A DNA stretch of 64,000 nucleotides from Acidobacteriota bacterium (GCA_050258555.1 JBLMZA010000094.1:19563-83562), one strand, 5' to 3'; positions 38,698 to 47,130 are shown, counted from the stretch's first letter. The notes: generated from the sequence alone by a model not told the origin. A program made the numbers and translations.

Positions 38698-39488
38698 CGG
38701 AGCGTTTCTTCTGTGTGTGTGAAAAATTTCTCGCGAACGATTGCGAATGCGAATTCAGGAAGCGTGAGCATGCGCTTCCAGCGTTTCGGCTCGCGCATGA
38801 GCCTGTAGAGCCATTCCAGACCCGCTCGCTGCATCCAGAGCGGAGCGCGTCTGGCCTTCCCGGCAATGAAGTCGAACGTGCCGCCGACGCCGATGGCCAG
38901 CGGCATCATAAGACGCGACTGCGTGCGGGCGATCCACAGGTCCTGCTTGGGCGGACCGTAGGCGACCAGCAGCACCTGCGCGCCCGAACGCTCGATCATG
39001 CCGCAGATCTCGTCTTCTTCCTCCACAGCGGGGGATCCGGCATAGGTCCCGGCGATCACAAGGCCGGGATTGCGCTCGGTGAGTATCCTCGCCGCTTCCT
39101 CGGCCACGCCGGGCGCGGCGCCAAGGAGGAAGAACCGGATGCCGTGCCGCGCGGCAAGCGAGGCAAAGCGCGGGATCGAATCCGATCCCGTGATGCGCTC
39201 TGCGACCGGCCTGCCCAGGATCCGCGAGCCCCAGAGGATGCCCATGCCGTCGGCCACGCAGAGCGAGGCGCGGCGCAGCACCGAGAAGAACTCGGGATTC
39301 TTCCGCGCGATCATGATGAATTCCGGATTCACGGTCATCACATGATGGGGTGAGCCGCTTAAGGCCATCTCGACAAAGAGGTCCATCGTCTCTTCCATCG
39401 AGACGTCATGGATCGGGATGCCAAGAATGTCGACGGCCCTGACCGAGGCCGCGCGCGAACGAGTCTGTGTACGCAGGGCGTTGTTCAT
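38670..39488 (-). CDS. WecB/TagA/CpsF family glycosyltransferase (GT26)
   Basis: ILGIPIHDVSMEETM...VNPEFIM...GPPKQDLWI...EWLYRLMREPKR are WecG/TagA signatures. The start was moved to the ATG at 39488; the track ORF extends to 39713. Confidence 0.7.
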   Translation of the reverse strand: MNNALRTQTRSRAASVRAVDILGIPIHDVSMEETMDLFVEMALSGSPHHVMTVNPEFIMIARKNPEFFSVLRRASLCVADGMGILWGSRILGRPVAERITGSDSIPRFASLAARHGIRFFLLGAAPGVAEEAARILTERNPGLVIAGTYAGSPAVEEEDEICGMIERSGAQVLLVAYGPPKQDLWIARTQSRLMMPLAIGVGGTFDFIAGKARRAPLWMQRAGLEWLYRLMREPKRWKRMLTLPEFAFAIVREKFFTHTEETLRWSARRQNP

Positions 39489-39492
39489 TGTC

Positions 39493-40194
39493 TTATGCCG
39501 CGTGTTTGTTTTTCTGAAGGATGATGCAGAATGCCGCCGCCTCATCCGTTCCGATCCTGCCGAATGTGAGCGCGCTGAAGAGCCGGTCGACGGCGCTCCA
39601 GACGGCGTAGAACACGACGCGCCGCTTTTCCGGATGATCGAAGCCGAACGTCTTCGACGACACGACCGACATGCCATGCTTGCGCGCCAGGCGCTCGATG
39701 CGCTTCGGGGCAATCGCCCAGCGGTGAAATGTCACAAACGGATAATTCTCATCCTGTCCCGCCCAGTCGTATCCGGCGATCTTCCGGGCGTAGAAGACGT
39801 GGAACCAGTGCGGCGTGAATTTCGTGATGAGTCCCCGAAGCGTGAACACGTTCGGCGAAGCCATCAGGACGATGCCGCCTTCGTTGACGGTGCGGAAGAA
39901 GTTGATGAGCGCCTTCTCGGGCTCGGGCAGATGCTCGAGCACGTCCCAGCAGACGACCATGTCGTAGGCGTTCTCCGGAAGCCGGTAGGTCTGGATGTCA
40001 CCGACGATCTTCTCGTGCATGTGCGAGTTGCGCTCGAGCTGCTTCAGCGAAATGTCGATGCCGCTTAAGATCGTGCCTTCGGGAAATTGGATGTGGCTTG
40101 CGGAGCCGCAGCCCGCTTCGAGCACGCGCCGGGGATTGCGTCCCGCAAGCAACTGGTCGATGCGCTGTTCGAGTTCAGGGTTGCCTTCGTTCAT
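39493..40194 (-). CDS. class I SAM-dependent methyltransferase
   Basis: Motif I VLEAGCGSA, plus DMVVCWDVLEHL. The start was moved to the ATG at 40194. Confidence 0.7.
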   Translation of the reverse strand: MNEGNPELEQRIDQLLAGRNPRRVLEAGCGSASHIQFPEGTILSGIDISLKQLERNSHMHEKIVGDIQTYRLPENAYDMVVCWDVLEHLPEPEKALINFFRTVNEGGIVLMASPNVFTLRGLITKFTPHWFHVFYARKIAGYDWAGQDENYPFVTFHRWAIAPKRIERLARKHGMSVVSSKTFGFDHPEKRRVVFYAVWSAVDRLFSALTFGRIGTDEAAAFCIILQKNKHAA

Positions 40195-41771
40195 GAGCGT
40201 GTATCCTTTCGTCGGTTGAAAAATGAGTGAACGGTTGTATGCACTTTCTCCTTGGACCACCGGTCGAGAATCTGGATCACTCCCATGAGCGTGCCGAGCA
40301 CGATCATATTGCGGCTGAATGTGAGCTGCATATCGACATAGGAGACGACCATCTGGTTGATGACCGAGATGACGCACATGGCCGAGACGGCCTTCAGGTA
40401 CGGATCATCCATCCGGTGAAAGACAATCGAGCCCTGCGCCACGAGCGCATTGAAGAAAAACCAGAAGAAAAATCCGCCGACGGCCCCCGATTTCACGAAG
40501 ATCCAGAAAATCTGGTTGTGCGGAATGTATTCCGAGAGCGGGAAATCCCCACCCCACGGCCTGAGCGGACGGTCATAGGCCTGGCCGAAGCCGATGCCGC
40601 TGAAGGGCGCGCGGCGGAATGTGACGGCGAGATTGTAATTCTCGGCTTTCCGGTACATCGTCGATTCGACATCCTTGCCGCCTCTGACGCCGGGCTCATC
40701 CATCACGGTGGACTTGAACTGCTGGGCCACATAGCCCAGGCGGCTGTAGCTGTTCCAGAACGCGGCCGTGTAGAGTGAAAAGAGCACGAGAAAGAGCGCC
40801 AGAAACTTCACTGCCGCACGAAGCGGCCCGGAGGGAAGCAGAAACAGCACGCCGACGGCCGAAGCCATTCCGGAGGCGTATGTGGCCCGGCGCTGTCCGG
40901 CAATGAATCCGACAACCAGCGGCAGGAATGCGGCCAGGAGCGCCGTTTTCTGGCGGCTCTTCACTCCCAGCACGAGGAATGTGCCCAGAAGAATGAAAAG
41001 CAGCACCATGAAGAGCGGATCCTCGTGATTGGTGAATGTCTCGATGATCGCAGGCCAGACGCCGAATGAGAAACCGTTTGCGGCATAGTAGGCGGCGCCC
41101 TGGACGGCCTTGATCGTGATGCCCGCAATCAGGACGCCCACGAGCACTTCAAGCTGTGAGCGCGTGCGGATCACCTGCGGCGTGAACCAATAGAGAATCG
41201 CCAGATACAGAAGCGCCCGCACTTCCCAGACGACGACGATCGGATCGGCGCCCGAGGCCAGACCGTGCACGGAGGCCGCAAGAAGCGATGCGAAGCCGAG
41301 CACGGCCGGCACCTTCATGGGAACCGGCATGAAGCCGTATTCGGGATCGACTGCCGCGCGCACCGCCCAGACAAGCACGACGAATGCGATGTGCAGCTCC
41401 ATGAGCGAGACGATCATATAGCGCGGCATGCCGGGAATGAGATTGATGTTGGCGAAATAATTCGCGGCGCCGGTGAAGGGCATGACGTACTTCACGCTGT
41501 GCTGATCGAAAAAGAGCACCGCAAAAATCACGATGTAGAATCCCCACTCGATGCGGAAGAGTGTGAGCGAGAGCACCGCATAGACAAGCACGAGGGCCGC
41601 GCCGGCGGCGACATTGCCGTCTGTCACGATCAGCGTCACGGCAAGCAGGCACGAGAGCACGAGCGAGAGCGCGAGCCAGAGCGAATGCACGAGCCGCTCG
41701 GCGCGCGCATTGGGCGAAAGAAGCCGCCCTGCGGCAATCGAAGAGGAAGATGTCAGTGTGCCTGATGCCAT
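40191..41771 (-). CDS. O-antigen ligase/polymerase family membrane protein (Wzy-like)
   Basis: About 10-12 transmembrane helices with a large periplasmic loop in the Wzy_C position. It lies between the flippase and PCP genes. The track start at 41813 is TTG; the first ATG is at 41771. Confidence 0.55.
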   Translation of the reverse strand: MASGTLTSSSSIAAGRLLSPNARAERLVHSLWLALSLVLSCLLAVTLIVTDGNVAAGAALVLVYAVLSLTLFRIEWGFYIVIFAVLFFDQHSVKYVMPFTGAANYFANINLIPGMPRYMIVSLMELHIAFVVLVWAVRAAVDPEYGFMPVPMKVPAVLGFASLLAASVHGLASGADPIVVVWEVRALLYLAILYWFTPQVIRTRSQLEVLVGVLIAGITIKAVQGAAYYAANGFSFGVWPAIIETFTNHEDPLFMVLLFILLGTFLVLGVKSRQKTALLAAFLPLVVGFIAGQRRATYASGMASAVGVLFLLPSGPLRAAVKFLALFLVLFSLYTAAFWNSYSRLGYVAQQFKSTVMDEPGVRGGKDVESTMYRKAENYNLAVTFRRAPFSGIGFGQAYDRPLRPWGGDFPLSEYIPHNQIFWIFVKSGAVGGFFFWFFFNALVAQGSIVFHRMDDPYLKAVSAMCVISVINQMVVSYVDMQLTFSRNMIVLGTLMGVIQILDRWSKEKVHTTVHSFFNRRKDTRS

Positions 41772-41809
41772 ACGAGTATGAGAGTTCCTGTCGTTTAACA
41801 GTGTGCCGG

Positions 41810-41977
41810 TCAAAAGCCCGGCGGCTTTTCCATCATGTAGAATGCCGTGATGAAGACGGCGAGCTGCGCCAGCGTCAGCAGCGTGACGATCATATATTCC
41901 TTCATGCCCATGTGCGTGCTGCGCTTTCCGATGAAGATGCCGAATGCCATGAGCATCACGACCGCAAGAATCGTCAT
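41810..41977 (-). CDS. small 55-aa two-helix membrane protein (not in ORF track; below size cutoff)
   Basis: The ATG at 41977 is preceded by a strong SD GAGGAGG with an 8-nt spacer. The product MTILAVVMLMAFGIFIGKRSTHMGMKEYMIVTLLTLAQLAVFITAFYMMEKPPGF has two hydrophobic helices. The stop is TGA at 41810-41812. It sits between the BY-kinase-like and Wzy-like genes on the operon strand. Confidence 0.35.
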   Translation of the reverse strand: MTILAVVMLMAFGIFIGKRSTHMGMKEYMIVTLLTLAQLAVFITAFYMMEKPPGF

Positions 41978-42004
41978 GTGTGCCGCCTCCTCGAGAAAAA
42001 ACGT

Positions 42005-42826
42005 CTATAACAGATTATGCTTATCCACGCGGTTGAAGACGAATCCGAGCACCTGGCTCTCGTTGAGCGTCGAAAGAAGCCGCTCGACTTCCCGCTCCTT
42101 CGTCTTGCCGGCGTTGACCACGACGATCACGCCGCCGAGCGCGGAGGTGAAGAGCGTCGGTATGGCCGATTCGGTGATCGAGGGAAGATCGACGATCACA
42201 AGCTCGTACGCGTTCTCGAGCGAGAAGAGCACGTTGCGGAATTCCGTCAGCTGCTCGAGGCCCACCGTCGGCTTCAGCGCCTGGGGTGAGGCCGACTTCA
42301 TGCTGTTGATGCGCATCGATTCAAGCGCGTTGTCGGCCGCGCTTCCTGCCGAGAGCACATGCAGATGGTTGATGCGCGTTTTGGCCACGGTGATCTTCGG
42401 CTGATAGAGACTCTCCAGCAGCCCCGGCGCCAGCGGCGTGCCGAAGATCTCGTGGCACTTCGGGCGGCGGATGTTGAGATCGATGAGGAGCGTTTCGCGC
42501 TGATTGGCCATGGCCAGCGATGCGGCCAGATTGGCCGCCACGAGCGTCTTGCCTTCCCCGGGATTGGGACTGGTGATGCCGATCGTCAGCTTCCCGTGCG
42601 AATATTCCTTCGGCAGAAGCGAATACTTGAAGTGATCGTAGAACTGATGATTCACCGTCGAGGCGTCGATCTTGCGCCCGGTGACATGGGAATACACAAT
42701 GGACTTTTCCAGACGCACCAGGCTCCGCGGAATCGCTTCGGCTTCCGCGGCCGGGTTCTCCTCGAAAGCCGCTTCGGACGCAGTCCCTTCGGGCTGTATG
42801 TAGGCATCGAATGGTTTCATGGACAT
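42005..42826 (-). CDS. BY-kinase-like P-loop ATPase (CpsD/Wzc C-terminal domain homolog) lacking a C-terminal tyrosine cluster
   Basis: Walker A ITSPNPGEGKTLVAANLAASLA, Walker A' LLIDLNIRRP and Walker B LVIVDLPS are present. The C-terminus ...NRVDKHNLL has no Tyr residues. Confidence 0.7.
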   Translation of the reverse strand: MSMKPFDAYIQPEGTASEAAFEENPAAEAEAIPRSLVRLEKSIVYSHVTGRKIDASTVNHQFYDHFKYSLLPKEYSHGKLTIGITSPNPGEGKTLVAANLAASLAMANQRETLLIDLNIRRPKCHEIFGTPLAPGLLESLYQPKITVAKTRINHLHVLSAGSAADNALESMRINSMKSASPQALKPTVGLEQLTEFRNVLFSLENAYELVIVDLPSITESAIPTLFTSALGGVIVVVNAGKTKEREVERLLSTLNESQVLGFVFNRVDKHNLL

Positions 42827-42842
42827 GGATTCTCTTTCCTTC

Positions 42843-44252
42843 TCATTCTTTCAGGCGCGAGCGTTCGGGCAGAAACGCGATAATGGGCTTCTGATAGATC
42901 TCGATGGCGCGCGTTGTGCGGATCGTCGTATCAAAGAGTTCGGATAAAATCGCCGTGATGATTCCCAGCAGCAGTCCAAGGCCGACTCCGCCGCCCACAA
43001 TGAGCGCCCGGCTCGGCTTCGAGGGCTGCAGCGGAAGAAGCGGCGGGTCGATGATCGTGAACTGATTGTTGGCCGACTTGCCGATGGCCTGCTGTATCTG
43101 CGCCTCTTCAAGCTTCACCTTCATGCCGTCATAGAGCCGCTGGTAGACGGCGACATCGGACTCTTTTTCCTGTCCCGATGTGCGCGAGGCCCCCAAAATC
43201 TCGCTCATCATCTGCGTGCGCGTGCGGCGCAGATCGGCGGTATGGTTGTCCTGTTTCGCGATTTCCGTCTGCAGTCCGCCGATCATGCGCTCGAGCATTT
43301 CCATGATCGAGGCCTGGACTTTCGCCACTTCCGGATGCTGCATCGTGTAGCGCTCGAGTGCGTCGTCATGCCGCGTGACAAGCGTGCGCAGCTCGCCCGC
43401 ATACGGGATGTCGAGCCTGGAGAGTTCGAAAAGCGTCTGGCGAGCGGACTTCGAGCCCAGGTCTTCGGGCAGCTCGCGGATCATCGCAAGGTCGTGCTTC
43501 AATTCCTTCGTGCGTCCGTCGCTTTCCCGCATCTGGCGCTCGACGTCGTTCAGATAGGCGTTCGCTCCCGGAGTGTCCTGCATCCGGTCGCGCAGTTTCG
43601 GCATCAATTGCTCCTGGCTCTGCTCGAGCTTCTGCCGGAATTCCTCGAGCTTCTGCTCATAGAAGCGCACGGTCACTTCATTGCGCTGATTGTTCGCGAG
43701 CGAGGTGGCCTGGATGAAGAGATCGGCCAGGACCGCTGCGCCGCGCTGCGCGCGGGCAGGATCGTTGTCGGCATAGACGATCGAAAATGATTCGCGCGCC
43801 TGGCGCTGAATCTTGATATTGGACGTGCGGTCATCCACCAGTTTGCGCCGGGAGCGTTCGCTCAGGTTCCGGTATTCGACGCCCAGACTGTCCATGAGCA
43901 TCTCGATTGTCTTGCGGCTGAAGATGATCTCATCGATGAAGCGCAGCGGATCATCCTCCATCTGGTAGACGGGAGCGGCCGATGTCATGCCGCTGATCGG
44001 ATTGGCCACTTCATTGCGCTGCACGAGAATCGACGTCGAGGATTCATACATCCTGGGCAGCTGGAATGCGGCGCCGACGGCGAGCGCCGTCACGACAAGC
44101 GGCGGAATCACCAGAAGCTTGATGCGCCGCCGGATGAGTCCGGAAATGTCACGAAGCGAAAACTGGGATGTCTGCACGATGGATTGTTCCTTTGCGAATA
44201 AATTCTTTTGTATGGCTGCGTTGTGTGAAGACAGTACGCCCAACCTGACCAC
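42843..44252 (-). CDS. polysaccharide co-polymerase (PCP; Wzz/GumC/Wzc N-terminal periplasmic domain) protein
   Basis: N-terminal transmembrane helix (LLVIPPLVVTALAVGAAF), a long coiled-coil periplasmic region, and a C-terminal transmembrane helix (ALIVGGGVGLGLLLGIITAIL). The start is GTG or TTG and is uncertain. Confidence 0.7.
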   Translation of the reverse strand: MVRLGVLSSHNAAIQKNLFAKEQSIVQTSQFSLRDISGLIRRRIKLLVIPPLVVTALAVGAAFQLPRMYESSTSILVQRNEVANPISGMTSAAPVYQMEDDPLRFIDEIIFSRKTIEMLMDSLGVEYRNLSERSRRKLVDDRTSNIKIQRQARESFSIVYADNDPARAQRGAAVLADLFIQATSLANNQRNEVTVRFYEQKLEEFRQKLEQSQEQLMPKLRDRMQDTPGANAYLNDVERQMRESDGRTKELKHDLAMIRELPEDLGSKSARQTLFELSRLDIPYAGELRTLVTRHDDALERYTMQHPEVAKVQASIMEMLERMIGGLQTEIAKQDNHTADLRRTRTQMMSEILGASRTSGQEKESDVAVYQRLYDGMKVKLEEAQIQQAIGKSANNQFTIIDPPLLPLQPSKPSRALIVGGGVGLGLLLGIITAILSELFDTTIRTTRAIEIYQKPIIAFLPERSRLKE

Positions 44253-44541
44253 TGTCGTTCAATTAGTATGCCAAAGCGCGGAAGGACGCCGGCGCTCGTG
44301 AATTCACGGGAAATGCGCGGATCATCATCGGCACGCATGCCGTGATGTGTGTAAAAAGGAAGCAGCTTCGTGCGGCGCGTGTGTAGAATCGGGACAGACC
44401 GGGCCTGCGCACGGCGCCGAAAGCACGGAAGCCGGGCCGGAAATCTGTTTGGCACATTTCTTGAACAGCTTCAGTCATGTGCTTCAAGCCACCGCCATCG
44501 ATGTTTCTCTCACTCATGTGTTTTTTTAGAAAGGTGCGAGC

Positions 44542-45252
44542 GTGCAACAGTATCGACAGTCTCTGCGTACGGCAATCTTCATGCTTCTTCTGGCGCTGTT
44601 CCTGACCGGCTGCTTCAGCCGCAGCGCGGTGCAGGATGAAGCCCTGTTGAAGGCGAATCAATCGCAGTCCGCCAATATCCTCTCCGGCTCCTATGTGCTC
44701 AGGCAGGGAGACCAGGTGAAGCTCTGGGTGATCGAGTATCCCGAATTTGATACGACGGCCGTGATCAGCGAGACGGGCACGATTCCGGTGAAACTGCTCG
44801 GCGAGGTGCATCTGGAGGGATTGACCAAAAACGAGGCGATCGCCATGCTGCGCGAGCGCATCGGCGTCTATGCCCGCAGCCGCAGCCTGAGCCTGGGGAT
44901 GACCGTGCTGACCGGGACGAGCGCGAAGCTCGTCATTCTGGGCGCTGTGGCGCGACAAGATACATTCGCGCTCACATCTCCCATTTCGCTGCTTGAGGCG
45001 ATTGCCGCCTCGGGCGGCACGCAGCCCGATTCCGATCTCCGGCGCATCAAGGTCTTCCGGCGTGATTCGGATGCGGGCCCGGTCGAGGTCGATCTGACGC
45101 GCTATTTTGCCACGGGCAATATTCGGGAAGTGCCCACCATCGGTCCCGGCGACATTGTGTATGTGCCGCGGGAGGAGAATTTCATCCGCGAGTTTTCGGG
45201 ATATCTGCGCGATACGCTTTTCCTCTTCGGGTTATTTTCGATTTCGCGCTAG
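44542..45252 (+). CDS. short Wza-like outer-membrane polysaccharide export (OPX) lipoprotein lacking the C-terminal OM-spanning helix
   Basis: Lipobox LTGC. Poly_export motif YVLRQGDQVKLWV. SLBB-like segment PGDIVYVP. Only 236 aa (E. coli Wza is 379 aa). GTG start at 44542 with an AAAGG RBS. Confidence 0.7.
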   Translation: MQQYRQSLRTAIFMLLLALFLTGCFSRSAVQDEALLKANQSQSANILSGSYVLRQGDQVKLWVIEYPEFDTTAVISETGTIPVKLLGEVHLEGLTKNEAIAMLRERIGVYARSRSLSLGMTVLTGTSAKLVILGAVARQDTFALTSPISLLEAIAASGGTQPDSDLRRIKVFRRDSDAGPVEVDLTRYFATGNIREVPTIGPGDIVYVPREENFIREFSGYLRDTLFLFGLFSISR

Positions 45253-45285
45253 CGCGTGTGTATGCGGACGACAGGAGAACAATCA

Positions 45286-46236
45286 ATGTATTCGAAGCTC
45301 AGACCATTCATGCGACTGCGGTGTTCAATCAGACAGGCGGCAATGCTCCTGTGTATCTCATGGTGTGTAAATTTGCTCCATGCGCAGGAAGCCTCCGAGC
45401 TCTCATTCCGCTACGGGCTGGCGTCGGCGCGCAGCGTCGCGCTCGGAGAAGCCCTGGTGGCCGATACGCGCGATCTTTCAAGCGCGATCGCCAATCCCGC
45501 CAGTCTGCTCTTTCTGGAGCGCCTTTCGGTCTCCGCCACCGCCGGCATGAGGACCGATAACCGATCGCTGCGTTCGGCCGTCTCGATGCCGATAGCGGCC
45601 ACAGACCGCTTTGTGCTGGCCATTGGAGGCGAGGGGGCATTTTTCGATGCCGATGACTGGTCGGCGCAGAAAGGGAAGATGGCGGGCTTTGAAGCGTCCT
45701 CTGCCGTGCGGCTCTTCGGAGCATTCAGCTTCGGCATGATCTATGACTTCCGCTACACCGAATTCGGCGCCACGCGCCTTTCCAGCCACTCGGGCGGCAT
45801 GGGACTGATGTATTCGGTCCTTCCTGCGCTTTCCTACGGGGTTTCATTCACGGGATTCGGCTCGGGCATCCAATTGAAGCGCGCCGCGGACGGCGCTCCC
45901 TTCCTGGTGAAGGAATCGAATATCCCGCGCTCGGTCACATTCGGCGCGTCGTGGCGATATCCGGCCACGTATGGAAGGAAACTCGTTGAAGTGCATCTCT
46001 CGAACCAGAGCATCAGCGGGGTGGAGCGCCTGGTCTACCGCCTTGGCGCCGAATTTTTCCCGTGGAAATTTCTTGTCGTGCGCGGAGGCATCGTCTCCGG
46101 ACCCGTGACGGCCATGGGCCGCGCGGGCATCGGCATACACACGGGCGTCGTTGATATCGATTACGGTGTGGCCTCCAGCACGGCCGCCGAGCGTCTGCAT
46201 GTGCTGAGCATTGTTGTACCGCTGGAATTCCCTTGA
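45286..46236 (+). CDS. FadL/PorV-like outer-membrane beta-barrel protein (candidate polysaccharide-export porin)
   Basis: Signal peptide. The N-terminus ...ALGEALVADTRDLSSAIANPASLLF has a hatch-like NPA motif, and the sequence shows the amphipathic beta-strand pattern. It is a paralog of 12412..13422 (shared RAG..G..AG.GI...DY...H.LS..V C-terminus). The ATG at 45286 has a GGAGA RBS. Confidence 0.5.
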   Translation: MYSKLRPFMRLRCSIRQAAMLLCISWCVNLLHAQEASELSFRYGLASARSVALGEALVADTRDLSSAIANPASLLFLERLSVSATAGMRTDNRSLRSAVSMPIAATDRFVLAIGGEGAFFDADDWSAQKGKMAGFEASSAVRLFGAFSFGMIYDFRYTEFGATRLSSHSGGMGLMYSVLPALSYGVSFTGFGSGIQLKRAADGAPFLVKESNIPRSVTFGASWRYPATYGRKLVEVHLSNQSISGVERLVYRLGAEFFPWKFLVVRGGIVSGPVTAMGRAGIGIHTGVVDIDYGVASSTAAERLHVLSIVVPLEFP

Positions 46237-46275
46237 ACGAGCGACATTCACTCTACGCCACTATATCCGGCACTT

Positions 46276-47070
46276 ATGGAATCCATACATTCAATCGTCG
46301 ATCAGGATCTTGATATCGTCCGCAGCGCCGCCATGCAGGAAGTGCTCAGGACGATGGAACGCATTGCAGCCAGCGACCTTTCCGTCATCATCGTCGGAGA
46401 ACAGGGAACAGGAAAGGAGTGGGCCGCGCGCTTCATTCACCGCATCAGCAGCCGCGCGCACGGACCGTTTTTGCCGTTCGATTGCGGTGCGCTCTCGGCC
46501 GAAGCGATGGAAAAGGAACTCTTCGGGTACGAGGCCGTCACGCGCGATGGCGTGATCTACCGGCGCGGCGCCTTGGAGGAAGCCGACGGCGGCACGCTGC
46601 TCGTCAATGAGCTCTCCTCGCTGCCCCTGCCGGCACAGATGAAGATGGCCCGCGCGCTCGAATACCAGACCATGACGCGCGTGGGGGGCGATGCGATCAT
46701 ACACATCCATACGCGCATCATCGGAACGCTCTCGCGCCACCCGGAAGCGCTCATGGAAGAAGGCGCGCTCATGAAGGACATGTATTACCGCATCAGTCCG
46801 ATCGTCATCGAACTGCCGGCCCTCAGGGACCGAAGAGAGGATATACCGCTTTTGATCAGAAAATTTTTGCGCGAACTGCGCACGCGCTACAATTCTCCGG
46901 TCGTGGGCATCGCGCCCGATGCCGCCGAGCTCTGCCAGGCCTACAACTGGCCCGGCAACATCCGGCATCTGAAAAATGCGATCGAATACGCCGCGGTGAT
47001 GTCGTCCGGAAAATGGATTGAAGCCGAGCATCTGCCGGCGTATCTGCGGCAGGCGAAAGACGGAGTTTAA
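46276..47070 (+). CDS. sigma-54-activator-like AAA+ protein, degenerate (no GAFTGA, Walker B D-to-N, no HTH, no receiver)
   Basis: Walker A GEQGTGKE. ELFGYEAVTRDG replaces ELFGHEKGAFTGA. GGTLLVNEL replaces GGTLFLDEI. PGNIRHL is retained. The protein ends at 264 aa with no Fis-type HTH. Confidence 0.6.
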   Translation: MESIHSIVDQDLDIVRSAAMQEVLRTMERIAASDLSVIIVGEQGTGKEWAARFIHRISSRAHGPFLPFDCGALSAEAMEKELFGYEAVTRDGVIYRRGALEEADGGTLLVNELSSLPLPAQMKMARALEYQTMTRVGGDAIIHIHTRIIGTLSRHPEALMEEGALMKDMYYRISPIVIELPALRDRREDIPLLIRKFLRELRTRYNSPVVGIAPDAAELCQAYNWPGNIRHLKNAIEYAAVMSSGKWIEAEHLPAYLRQAKDGV

Positions 47071-47106
47071 GAACATTCTAATCGAAATTAGAAACTTCTA
47101 ATTTGC
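47071..47106 (+). repeat. 36-bp AT-rich palindromic element, copy A (GAACATTCTAATCGAAATTAGAAACTTCTAATTTGC)
   Basis: Immediately after the stop of 46276..47070 and 172 nt upstream of the ATG at 47278. It contains the 18-bp perfect palindrome AATTAGAAACTTCTAATT. 34 of 36 positions match the reverse complement of copy B. Confidence 0.8.
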
Positions 47107-47130
47107 ATCGCCCGGGGAATTCGTCTAAGT

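Noticed and set aside
17703-44252. PEP-CTERM/exosortase system (suggested by the acyl ligase + ACP + amidotransferase accessory genes)
   Set aside because: No exosortase (EpsH-like 8-TM protein) and no protein with a C-terminal PEP motif plus TM plus Arg-rich tail is present in the window. The secreted proteins here instead carry T9SS-type C-terminal domains.
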